A DNA stretch of 64,000 nt from Utricularia gibba (Eukaryota; Plantae; Magnoliophyta), in contig CM007989.1 in NCBI GenBank assembly GCA_002189035.1, positions 4,216,001 through 4,280,000 of the forward strand, read 5' to 3'. Below the pieces are notes generated by a model. The model was given only the letters and a program-made list of their open reading frames with translations, was not told where the DNA came from and made no database searches. This document shows, in pieces, positions 12,670-25,333 of this stretch. Position 1 is the first letter of the stretch; each line of letters begins with the position of its first letter. The translations under genes and the position numbers were made by a program.

Positions 12670-13195
12670 ATGTATCACCTCCGTACTACAATCTTTTTGC
12701 TCTCCCTTCTTCCTTCTTTTTGGATTTCAATAGTGCGAATAATTTCATGTGTTTTCTAGTGTTTTAATTAGTTACATTCTAGTGTCACTATAAAGCTTAC
12801 AATTATGAGATAAATCTCATCTCGATCGTTCGAGTTCTTTGGATTATCTACTTGATGCTTCGTAAAACACCCAATTGGCCAAAGGATTCGTCTCAAGGTT
12901 GGCAAAACTCTTAGGTCTGATGCCTTGCAAGCACACTGCCGTGAGAGATTGTGTGGATCTAGTGGCAAATAGCTTGGATAAAGGTAATCCTTCAAGTACA
13001 TGTAACCAAGTATGTGTCATGGAGAATGAGTAATGCATGGACATGAGTAAGCACAGTGCTCATGCACACTAATAGTTGCATGGATGGATTCACCAATCAA
13101 ACTTGCAATGGTGGTGCGAAGACATCTGCTTGGGATTAGATGATGAGCTCTTTTTATGTTGCAAGTAACAGATTGCATTATGTAGTTACCATTAT
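12670..13195 (+). pseudogene. Pectin methylesterase/invertase inhibitor (PMEI, '21-kDa protein' type) pseudogene
   Basis: TATAAAT at ~12625; ATG 12670 with signal-like MYHLRTTIFLLSLLP; frame-2 TQLAKGFVSRLAKLLGLMPCKHTAVRDCVDLVANSLDK; shifted-frame WRMSNAWT*VSTVLMHTNSCMDGF (cf. WxMSNVQTWVSAALTxxxTCMDGF); in-frame TAA 12863-12865 and TGA 13044-13046. Confidence 0.75.
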
Positions 13196-13434
13196 TGAAA
13201 ATTTTTTAGTCTTTTCAGTAACAATAATATTATTTTGTTTTCATATTCTCTATTTAAGCAAATGCAAGATATCTAACCAAATAGCAACAATCCCACCTCT
13301 TTCTCTAGTCTATAAATAGCAAACATTCCAATGTGCATTGTGAGGGAGAGAGAAACAAAAACAAAAATTTCATTTGAATGATCAGCGATTCTTTGATCTA
13401 TCTTCTACATTGACCACCTGGATGTTCCTTCAAG

Positions 13435-15179
13435 ATGAGCTCTGAAAATGGAATCGGATTGTCTTCCAAGAAATCGGATAAGCCTAGATGTAGTTTTTGT
13501 TGTCTTATCTTTATGATTTTGCACATATTATAAAGAATGCATAAGATCACTTGTTATGTGCTGAATCTATAGATGCTATTGCATTTGAATTCAGTTTTTT
13601 TACGTTTGAGATTTGCCTTTTGGTTTCAATCCCCCAGATAGTCGATTTACTCAACAAGAACTCCCTGCTTGCAAGCCAATCTTGACTCCTACTTTGGTAT
13701 AATGTTTTTGTTCATGCATCAATGAAAAAATCATAAGTTTTGAATAACTTGTGTTCTCGTTAATGGTATTTCAGATTATGTCCACTTTTATAGTTCTCGG
13801 CATAATGCTTATTCCGATCGGGCTGGTTCACTTGTCTGCTTCTGATGATGTAAATCTCTTACAGATGCTTTTTGCATATGTGAATAAGCTTTAGTTTAAT
13901 CCATGCAACAGTTATTGCTTTTTCAGTTGAATGTTGTTGTATACATATAAAACATTATACATTTTAAGATGAATCTTGATGTTGGTAGCATTGTATTTTT
14001 GTACTTTTAGGTTGTTGAAATTGTGGAACGTTATGATGATGGTTGCATCCCGACAGGAGTTCAAGATTTTGAAGAAGTGAATCGAAAGAGAATTGATTTT
14101 ATTCAGGATGACAAAATAGACAAGAAGTGCATTAGGAACTTAACTGTACACTTTTTCATACGATAATTAATACATAGATTCAGCTTTCCTAAGTTAATAT
14201 TCAAGATTGATCACTTATCTAGGTTACGAGGATGATGAAGAGCCCCATTTTTGTCTACTACCAACTTTACAATTTCTACCAAAATCATCGTCGGTGCGTG
14301 ATCTACCCTATACCTGGTTCAAATGATTACTATGTCTTCTTCATGACTTTTTATGTGCTCACTCTGAAGATATGTGAATAGCAAGAATGAAGCTCAATAC
14401 AGATATTCTTCAGCTTCTCATTCTACAGTAAATTGTGAGCCAGAAGCTGAGAGTTCTAATGGTCAGCCCATAGTCCCCTGTGGGCTGATCGCTTGGAGTT
14501 TGTTCAATGATACATACCGCCTCTCGGTTCATGGAGCTGAGCTGCCAATTAACAAGAAGGGAATTGCATGGGAAAGTGATAGAACCCGAAAATTTGGTTC
14601 TGATGTTTACCCCAAGAATTTTCAAAAGAAAAGCCTAATAGGAGGTGCACAGCTTGATGAGAGCATTCCGGTAAGCTTCACCCAACAACAACTGTGATTG
14701 AAGAATCCATTTATCTCAAAAGGTTGTATGCAATGCAACAGCTGAACCAGCAAGAGGATCTTCTAGTGTGGATGCGAATTGCTGCATTGCCAACATTCCG
14801 AAAATTATATGGGAGGATCGAAACTGACCTCCAGGCGAATGACATCATTCAAGTAGAGATACACAACAACTACAACACCTACACTTTTAATGGAAAAAAG
14901 GAGTTGGTGATGTCAACAACTACATGGATAGGAGGAAAGAATGATTTCCTAGGGAAGTCCTGCATATTTGCCGGTGGAGCTTGCCTTCTAGGTGCTATTG
15001 CATACATCATCTTGCACCTCATTAGGCCAAGGTATGCATGCTACCTATCTTTCTTTCTTAGGTGTCATTTCCTAGTGCTTGGATCCATTCCGTATATATA
15101 AGATTGCTCAATGGCACATAGGCCTTTGGGAGACCCAGCTTACCTCTCTTGGAACATCAATGCTGCACTTGTTGGTTAA
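13435..15179 (+). CDS. ALIS: ALA-interacting subunit (CDC50/LEM3 family, P4-ATPase beta subunit), about 8 exons
   Basis: MSSENGIGLSSKKSDKPR|YSRFTQQELPACKPILTP; VYYQLYNFYQNHRR|YV; IVPCGLIAWSLFNDTY; WMRIAALPTFRKLYGRIE; WIGGKNDFLG; R|PLGDPAYLSW; TATAAAT at ~13313. Confidence 0.93.
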
Positions 15180-17277
15180 GTTATCATCCACAGATGGAGC
15201 AGTAGCCTTGAACTTCAAACCACTAGTACATCAGGTAGGAAGGCAATGTCCTTGAAGTACACATCTTTGATGTTTATTTCAAAATACAGTCATATAGCGC
15301 AACAAAATAGTGAAATCAGTTTGAATATAGCAAAACAAAGCATACGGTGATTCCCTTTTCTGAAAACTCTCTTTGGCAATGGGCATCGAATACATTCCTA
15401 GAATTTACTAAAATTGGGGTGACTAGTCTCGAAAATTTAATAAAAATGACATATTTAGTTTTCAAATCTTGACATATCAACTACATTTAGTACCTATATT
15501 TTGATGTATAGAACATAGCTAGTCTTCAAATTTTTTTACTTTAATCATTTTTTGTCCTCAATGGGTAAAATTGATATCCGTTTTTCCGAACAATGTCCAA
15601 CCACTATCACAACACCACTTGTTGCCTGACACCCATCGCTATCACCTATGCCAAAGCAAGGATTCTCATTTATATCATAAAAAACTAAATTAGATAATAT
15701 TGGTCAATAATTATATTATACTATTAATATTATATGCGATTATTAGTAGCACCTTGCATCATTGATGGTGCTTTGGGAAGGAGTGCACCAAGGCACCATC
15801 TTTGGTGGTGGCTTCTTGCATGCATCCATATTCATAATCCATTGGTATAGCATCCTATACCACTAATGATCAATGGTTTTTAAACGCATGCATCACTCAC
15901 AATGTAAGAAATAGAGAAGAAGAAACAATAAGCAACGTGGACAAACACAAAGGACATTGCATGCAGTAAAAGCAAGAAGAAGAAAAGAAAAAAAACACTA
16001 ATTAAAGAAAGAACATTAGTAACATATTTAAAGCTTGGTCAGTGGTGGATTGGCATTGAGCGCATCTCTTAAACCAAAATTGGTGATCTTTCTACACCTC
16101 ACAAGGCTCAAGCTTTGAAGCTTACCTTTAGCTCTATTTGTTAGTTACAAGATATCATTATTTGTAACAGAATAATAAAGAGGATGGTCAATAAAAATAT
16201 TTTTCCAGAGGGAAGGATTATCCCAAACAATATCGTCCTATCATCTACAAACATGTTATGTTATTAGCAATTTATTGATTTCAAAATAGTTAAGAGCATA
16301 TTCTATAACATTTACATGGGGGTCATCATCTTTGGAATCAAAACTTTTAGTATTGGCATCCTCACATTTTTTACAGTTAGTATAACATCTTTAACAAATT
16401 ATAATACATTAAACTTATAGAATATATATTGAAGAAGAGTAACATAAAGTCTTTAGTATATTGAAAAGAAATATCAAATAATTTTGGTTTTTTTTAGATG
16501 AAAAATTAGTTTCATCTAAAGAAAAATAATAAATAAATAAATATATTGATCATGGTTCAAATCAGGACATAAATCCTAAAAACAAGCATAAATAGAAATG
16601 CATATGAAAACAAAAAGTTGATTTCTAATATGGTTAACAAGATTCGTTGACCCTTTGGAATAAAAATAAGACAATTATAAAGAGTTGTTCCCGAATGTTT
16701 TGTTTTCTAGATGATAACCATAGTTGATACATCAAGTAATATAACAAATGCAGATTGTACACAGATCGGTGGAAGTGATCTTCTCCAAACAATTCTTTGT
16801 TGGGTAATCATATAATTGAGTAGATCCACAGCACCTTGAACATATTTTCACATCTATAACACATCACCAATGTAAGATACACTTCTCTACTATTAAAAAA
16901 TTAGATTGAAATGTGTAAATAGTTGGCGTGTTAAATCAAGTAAATTGATGATCATTAATTGCTTGATGTTCAATTGAACAACTTAATTGAAGACTTTTAT
17001 ATTCTTATAAATATCTTCAATACTGAGTTTCATGCATCTTGTCATATTTCACCACAACAACAAAATATTTCACAATGCAATAAATTTTGTTTCCAATAAC
17101 ATCATTTTTGCTTATCTATTTGAATATTTCTTTACTTTTTTTTCTTTATTTTTTCATTTCTAAATTTTGAGTAATTCGTATATTATTGTAAAGTGAGATC
17201 AAATATTTTACATAAACTAACATTTGTACCATATCCGAAAAAAAATATTTTTTAAAATTACCTTAATATGACCCTAT

Positions 17278-19476
17278 GGCTACGTTTGGTTGTTGGGTAA
17301 GGCTTAAACCCGAATTTAGTTTATTTGGATTTAAATAATTGATTTTATGGGTTTAGAAAATTACTTGTGTTTGGTTGATGAGTTTAAATTATTTAGATTT
17401 AAGACTAAAATATGTTTGGTACTTGGGTATAAAATTAGGTTTGTGATGAATTTTCTTATGAAATTACCAATATAATCTTCCTCAATAATAATTACTCCTT
17501 TTATTACGATTTGTTTTCCCCTTTCTCCATTGACTTTCACATCCAGTTCGTCACGGTGCTGCCGCCCGATGAGATCTCCACCGATTTCACTAGTAATTGA
17601 AGGAATACTGTGTATGCGATGCTGCTGCATGTATGCTGAAAGGATGGAGGTGTAAGGGCATGATTAATGAAGTTGTTTTGGAAAATGGGAAATGTTAGGT
17701 GACTTTATTGTGCATAAGTGAGAATTAATAGCATTGGGCGGTTAACTACCGTCCAGCACATTTAATGCTAGATAACTGCATTATTTTAACTTGTTTCTTT
17801 TTGGAAAACAGAGCACTAGATAAGACAACATGCGGTGCTACGATGTGCATAGTGTAACGCAGACATTCAGAAGCATCGGATTTTACGGCTTCGTTTTGAA
17901 ACTCCAATGAGACCTCATCCTCCAGGGGATCGATCATCATCTCCTTTCGAATAAGGTAATGGAGCATAGCACATGCCAATACAATCCGATTCTATGTATC
18001 TACCGAATAGTAGCTAGCTGATCGTAGTATATCTCACTGCATCTTCATCAAATCCCAAGCTCGTTCGATCACATTTCTAGTTGATACATGTCACATGTTG
18101 AGTATCTCTTTCGCATTTTTGGGTACTCCATTTCTTTGTCCCCACTCCTTCAAGTGATAGCGGACTCCACGGTATGGTGTCAAAAAGCTCTCTCTATTGG
18201 CGTATTCATTGTCAAATAGGTAATATATTCCAAGTCATCATGTGTTCATTGCCATAAAATGATTTGAATCACATGCAAAGGCTAAACAAGTCAAATACTT
18301 GGGCGTACACGAAAGTCGTAAGATCTTGAGAGTGTATCGTTTAGCACTCGACTATCTGCAACAGAACTCTCCCACCCAGCAAGCACATATATAAATTTCA
18401 TATTTTCATCACATACACCCAACACATTGGTGAATATCACACCCTTTCAATTTCTGTACCTTACAATTTCAGATTTCTTAACTCGTATATCGATGTATGT
18501 ACCATCTATGACCCCAACACAATTTCGCAAATGCATAATCAATTTTAGATATATTTGAAAAAAACATGTATAAAAGATGTGTTTACTTGAAAGTATTTGA
18601 ACTTTACTTCGGATGCACGTTCTCCAACAGTTGCTAGGGTCTCTAAGAGCACCTCATGAAGGCAAATGACCACATGCAACACCTCTTATAAACATACTTC
18701 TTCACCCCACATTTTTTTATGGTAACCTAATATTCCTAAAAAAATGCAAACTATCTCCGGAACCATAATATATTTTCCAGCTTTTAAACTAGAACGATTT
18801 TCTAACAAGCTACATAAAATATAGAAGGCATCTCGACTAATTCTCAAGTTCTCAATGGATGATTTATTCAACTTGTTTAGGAATCCTATATATAAGGAAA
18901 TACCTGCATCTCACCCTATATCTCATACGATAATTTTTCCAATATAAGTATATTAACACATTCATTCCAACCAAGTATTCGGTTAATACTGCTGCAGTCA
19001 CACTCAAAATGACATGACCCTCACTAGAAAAATCCGTGTCCCCTCAACAATAACAAAAATCGAACAAAATAAATCCACACACACAACACTACTGATTTTG
19101 AAATTGGAAAATCAGAGAATACAGTCACTATAGACATGCTGCCATAGACAAACCCACTAAGAATAGAAAACACACATATCAGAAGACCCACCCTTTGCAC
19201 CCAAAGTGGATGTGATGCCGTCGGCAATTCACAAACCTTGCGTCTAGTTTGTAGATCTACGTTCCAATTTGGATGACGCAAGGATAAAATTGAAAGCAAC
19301 TAGCCTTGTTTAGCTAAACCGACCACCCCCTTAGATTTAGTTAAACCCAACTTGACGGATTCCCACTGAGTATATAGGCACTAGACAGGTTTATTTTTAC
19401 CCGCCTGAAACCCACGTATCAAACATGGATAAACCTATGGCACAACTCACCTAAACCATCCAACCAAACGTGACTC
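17278..19476 (-). mobile_element. PIF/Harbinger DNA transposon, decayed non-autonomous derivative (~2.2 kb) with TIRs and transposase remnant
   Basis: Imperfect TIRs GGCTACGTTTGGTTG (17278-17292) and CAACCAAACGTGACTC (19461-19476). Minus-strand fragments LRISRDAFYILCSLL..IVCIFLGILGYHKK, NCVGVIDGTYI, MKFIYVLAGWESSVADSRVL, KYYLFDNEY..FLTPYRGVRYHL, ACAMLHYLIR (DDE_Tnp_4-like), broken by stops. Confidence 0.85.
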
Positions 19477-22408
19477 ATATTATCAGAATTATATTTAATA
19501 TATTTTTTATGTTATAAAAAATAAATTTTATTCATTTATTATTTTTATATTTTTAACATTTAAAAATTAATTTATAATTATTCTATTTTAATGAAATACA
19601 ATGATTAGCCGAATAAAATTTTTGATAAAAAATTTTCAATTATATTTATATAAATGCTTTCATTAAGCATCATTTTTACAATAACTATAATAATTCTATT
19701 ATAGCAATGTTGTTTTCCAATATTTAAATACTTATTTTTTTAATAATTTATAATATATAATATAACAAATCAGAATAAATATTTTTCTATTTTTAAGATA
19801 CACTTATGATCAAAGTAATCATAAAATAATTGTAATTCTAAATAACTCATAGATATTGTACATTCAATTAATGTTGAAAGTTTATAAGAAAGTCATTTAT
19901 GATAATAATGATATAAATAATATTGTGGTAGATTTTATGTATGATATTATTGATGGATTAGACATTGATTATGAGTTGAAATCTCTTTTTTGTTAATATT
20001 ATTTTTTATAAAAATATTGTTGTTATTAACTTATTATGTATTCTTGTATTGCTAAATGAATTTTTACTAAATTTTTTAATTTATTTATAAAATTTGATAA
20101 ATAATCTATAATATAATATAATTTTTTTATAAAATTTAACTGATTAAATTCAAACGGTTTGATGTAAATATTTGTGTCATATACCAGGAGAATCTATGTT
20201 GAATGAGAGGAGTATGAAAATCACTTTTATTTCTTTAACTGCCGGCGATACTCTTCACATTCATTAGACTATTATATATCTCTTGCAAGAAAATGCTGCC
20301 AACAAAGTCTCTACTCCACTGCAAAGAAATATCGAATAAATTTGATTGTTCTTTTAATTCCAAAATGAGTTTCATGTAAAAAAAAATAAAGAATAAATAA
20401 ATGATATTTATCATGATTTCGTCAGAGTCGAAGTTGTTTCTATTAGCATCTTCACATTTTCACAATTAAGAAGCATAAGCTCGTTTATTTCACAGGAGAC
20501 TTAGCTAATCTTCCTTATGCATTATCGAACCAACATTGGATACGGCATTTTTCCCTTCCTCATCGGTAGTAGCCCAAATAAAATTGAGAAAGAATCTTTT
20601 TAGGCCCAAGTACTATAAATTTAATAAAATATAATAATTTTAAATCATCAGATATAATAATTTGTTTTCCATCAATCTTTGTACGTCTCCACTGACAAAT
20701 TTCAGATAGTAGTAAATATATTAAATATAACGATCATCTAAATTTTATAAAAAAAATATAAATTAATTATGATAAAATTTTCTCGATATAAATTTCAAAT
20801 TAAATATATTTGATCCTAAAAAATTTTAAGATATATGATCACATAGGAAACTATTAATTTAAACCTGCATATAATTTATATTCAAAATGGATAACATTGT
20901 ATAATTTTAATATTAATTTTTTTTATTTTATGAGAAGATTGAATATAATAGCGTGCTACAAATATTAAAATTAAAGTTCCTACCAAAATTTATTGAAATT
21001 CAATAAGTGAATTTGTGAGTAAATATTTAAAATGAAAATTTGATGTAATTAACGAATATTTTATGTATATTTAAATTAGAATTAAAAAAAAAAAAAAACT
21101 CTTTCGTGAGTCATGACCACCAAATTTATTGACTTTGTGCGGAAATCGAAAAAGCCTCATTTTCAAAGGATGGTGGCAATAATTTAAGTGGGAACAGTGA
21201 CGTGGCAGCCGAAAGCCGTTGATTTCACTCTCAATCGCCGTCCGAAAAATCTCCGCTTGCCCCTTAGTGTGCGCCAACTGTACTCGATCACAACCCAGAA
21301 GCCAACATGGGATCACATCCTCTGGGATGCAATCAGGGTAATACAGTGCAGTGCACCTGGCTGAAAAAGAATTAAAAATTGGAATATAAATTTAATGGAT
21401 AATAACCTTTTGTTTTCCCTAATATTATTAAAATTTATTAAAACCGTTTCAACAATTATAAAAATATTAATTCAAATTCATAATTGAATTAAAGAATCAA
21501 TTTAACCATTTTTTTTACTCGCAACAAATTGAATACAAAATGTCTATTCTTCCAAGAATTGATGTGCAAAATATCTAAATTCAAGTTTGTAAATGAATGA
21601 ATTTTTTTATATTAAAATTATATGTAATTAAATTTACCGTAGATATTGAATTCTGTGTGAAATATAATGTTTTATTTTACTAAATTACAAATTTATAATT
21701 TATGGTACAAGATATTGAATTTTAGATTTATTATACTAAAATATACGAATAATAATTATCAATTTTTTATATATTAACCATAAATGCTAGTAATATTATT
21801 ATTCAATTTTTTGGGAAATTGAACCTGAAGTTAGAATTGGTTCAATTCTAATTTATAGTTTTTTAGGTTGGATTGTATAATTTCTATAAAAAATTAAAAT
21901 TTTTGAAATTTAAAAATAATAAGTTTAAATAATTATATTTATTTTTTAATGGGCTGAATTAAATTTAAATTATTAAAATATTAAAACACGTGTCTTTCGG
22001 ATGAAATCCAATTATCGCAGTTGCCAAAGTAAGGCCGTACCAAATGTGAGGGGAGCAGATAAAGAGGGGCAGCCATTTGTGCGCATTTAAGTGGAGAAAA
22101 GCGGATGGTGGTGGTGGTGGTGGCTCACACCGGGACGGAGTTTGAAATACTGACCGTTGTGAGGAGGACTCGTTGAGTGCATAATTCTGAGCCTCCCCTT
22201 CTTCTGCTTCTTCTTCTTCTTCCTGTTGCACCTGTTCTTCATTTGCGTTTGAATTTCAAATTCACAGTAACAGAACAAGACTCCTCACAGCAGATTCTGA
22301 AAAAGTACCTGATCCCAACATTCTTTTCTTGCTTCAAGAATGTTGTGTTTTGGTTTTTGTTCTTAGTTTGCTCCCCCCACCCAGTTTTTGGTGTTGCGCG
22401 CCTCTCAG

Positions 22409-25088
22409 ATGGGGGACTCGTCTTGTCTAATTCACGGTTTTTCCTACGCTTCTGCTGTGCCCAATGAAGCAAAACAGGTAACAACAAGCAAACGAACAGA
22501 CCCTTCAATTCTTCTGTGGTGTCTATTACATGGTTTGCAGAATCTTGCGGCTTGAAGATGCTAAGGGGGTGTGTTAGTTGCAGGGGACCGCGATGCACGC
22601 TCTGGGGAATCAATCTCATTTGGGAGGTTTATGACAGAGCCCTTGTCATGGGAGAGGTGCTCTACATTTTCGTCGTCACATAACAAGTATGTGGAGGAGG
22701 CGGAGAGGTATGCGCAGCCGGGATCCGTTGCGGAGAAGAAAGCGTTTTTTGAGGCTCACTACAGGAGAATTGCAGCTCAAAGGGCTGCCGCCGCCGCTGC
22801 TGCTGCTTTGCTGGAGCAGGAGAATGCAGCTAAAAATGTAGCAGAAGGGAGCGACGAGAATGTCGGTGATGATAGTGCTTGCCATGAGCAAAGAGATGAC
22901 TTCAAAGCTCCTGTCGATTCAGACTTAAAACAGAATTTGGAAGACGGCCCCGTCAATTCTGAGGACCATATTTCAATTGCTGTTCTTGATGGACGGGGCA
23001 AAATGATTGTATGGGAAATCAGACTGATGATTCAACCAAGGGGAGACCTCTTGGTGAACTCCAAGCCGAGAATACTACTCTTAATGAGCTTGATGGTATA
23101 GAGAACCAGGATGGTACAAAAGAAATGGAGAGGCCATTGTTAGAGGTGAAATCTTGACTTCAAAGATCATAATGTTTTACTTCTGTTATCTGCAACAAGT
23201 GTGTTAAATTGGGCTGTTGTTTCTGTTCAAGCATGCGCATGAGGAGATGCCAAGAGCGCTGAGCATGAAAAGGGCCGCCTTCTCGACATTGAAGCCATTG
23301 ATTCAGGGCAAGCAAAGCAAAGTCCTTGCTACACCAGCCAAGCCAGTTACAGCAAAGCCCCACAAAGAAAACAACCCTGAAATCGCAAGGAAGTCAGCTA
23401 CGTCTTCTCCCAAGCCTTTGTGCTCAGTAAAGGAGCCGCATAAGGATATATTCTCTATCACCAAGAAAACTGGAAGTTGTGGGGAAAGGCTTGTCCATAC
23501 ACGAACCCCTTCCAAGGAATCTAAAGTTCATGCTACTCCTTTGAGGACTGCAAATGTGGTGAACCAATCCACAGTCTGTCTTTCGATTCTATTGATTGAA
23601 AATCGTCTCAGCAATCTAACAATCATCTTCCTTGCATTTGTAGGGTCTGTCCAGTGGTTTCACTGCATCTGTAGCAACTCCTCAGTTAGAAAACCACAGG
23701 TCATCATTTGTTCCTTGAAAAATGAATTGTGAAGCTTTCAAAGAGCAGAATAATGATCGACAGTTACTTGAATGTCTGCTTGAGGTTTGCAGGATGAGGA
23801 CACCTGGTGAGGTCCCGCCTTCAGGAAGAAAAACCCGTGAATGGCAGATCCTATCTGCAGCCAGATCATCCGCTAAGTCTTTATGGTCAGTAAGGGACCT
23901 TGGTAAAGACAGAGTTTCCATCAACAAAAACAATGAAAATTGTGGGCGAAGAGATGCACATGCACAACCACGTTCCAAAGAATCTCGAGCTCATGCCACT
24001 CCTATGAAGACAGCAAAAGTGGTGAGCGAATAGAGATCATCTTCTTTTTTTGGTGCAATCACGTTTGGAAGCCATTTCAGTCAGCTGATAAATCACCTTG
24101 TGTGGATTTCAGGGAGCCTCTAAAGCTGTGTTCACGTCACCTGCATCTACTCAGTTAGAAAGCAGCAGGTCCGTGGTTCTTCCGCAAATTATAGTGTTGT
24201 ATTTCATAGAGAGATTGACTGACACATGGTTCCTTGCAATTTTCAGGATCGTAACGCCCCGTGATTTCTCAGCTACAGGAAGCAAAAGCTGCGGGCCCAA
24301 ATGGCACATCTTTTCGGCAGTGTAAGTGGAGATCAAAACCAACACATGAATGAGAAGTTGGCTGACTTAAGAGTTTTGGATTCTAAACATTGTGTTACTT
24401 TTGATTCAGTTCAAAATCATACACGGCCTGTCGTAACCAGCTGCAGAATAGCGTGCTGTCATCCCCATTTGTCCTGAGAACTGAAGAAAGAGCTGCAATG
24501 AGGAAGCAGGTAAGAAGATACGACCACTAATTCCTCAGGCATTGAAATTTGGCTGTTTTGGTATATATTTTACACAGTAAGCTGACTTTTCTGCTTTGTT
24601 TTGGTTTCCAAAAAACATTAGAAACTCGAGGAGAAGTTCAGTGCTTGCCAAACACCGAAAGAGCAGCCTCCAAAGGCATTCAAGGTGTAAATCCAGCGCT
24701 TTCGTGTACTGCATTTCCTCATCCTCACCATTGATTCATCTTAAGTTGGAATGAACAACTGCTCATTTCAGGAAAAAGCAGGAAAGGAGTTCCAGAAATT
24801 GAGTCGTGGCTTATGCTTCAAAAACGGCAACTTGCCTAACTTTCAAAAGGAAACACAAACCTCAAGGACGAAAAAGGTAAAGGTCTTATGCAGATGGAAA
24901 TAATATACATTTCCTGAACTCGATCTTCTACTGGTTTCTATGTTTCACAGGATACAACAACACATTGTGGCATTGCCTCAGTGCCTCCACCTGCAAAGAA
25001 TGTTGGTTACAAAATGAGGGAAGCTCTCAAACCACGACGCATCCTCAAAGAGCCATTGATCAAGAAGAACACTCGAGAGATGCATTAA
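22409..25088 (+). CDS. WDL7: WVD2-like 7 type microtubule-associated protein (TPX2 C-terminal KLEEK domain), about 11 exons; two apparent -1 frameshifts (22604-22607, 22995-22998)
   Basis: MGDSSCLIHGFSYASAVPNEAKQ|GTAMHALG(E)SISFGRF, PGSVAEKKAFFEAHYRRIAA, MERPLLE, GPKWHIFSAV, PFVLRTEERAAMRKQ|KLEEKF, LCFKNG; stop 25086-25088. Confidence 0.85.
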
Positions 25089-25333
25089 GAATCCATACGT
25101 TGAAGAGTGAGTTTGTTTCTTTCTGACTCTTAGCGGGAAGGTTACTTAGTTGTGTTACTCAAAAAGACTCTTTCAGATTCCTTGTTTCTGAATGTGAATG
25201 AAATGATTATCTCTTACATACAATTTCTTTCAAGCCAAACATGAACTGTGTATATAGTTGGTATTCAACACGTGAACCCAAACAAGCAAAGTCTGAAATC
25301 TGAGTATGATATCACCCACATGGACCTATATTC

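Noticed and set aside
15420-17200. Possible decayed MULE-like element and a 13-bp hairpin at ~15766-15803
   Set aside because: No paired TIRs or correctly ordered transposase motifs could be established, and the hairpin is too short for a miRNA precursor.
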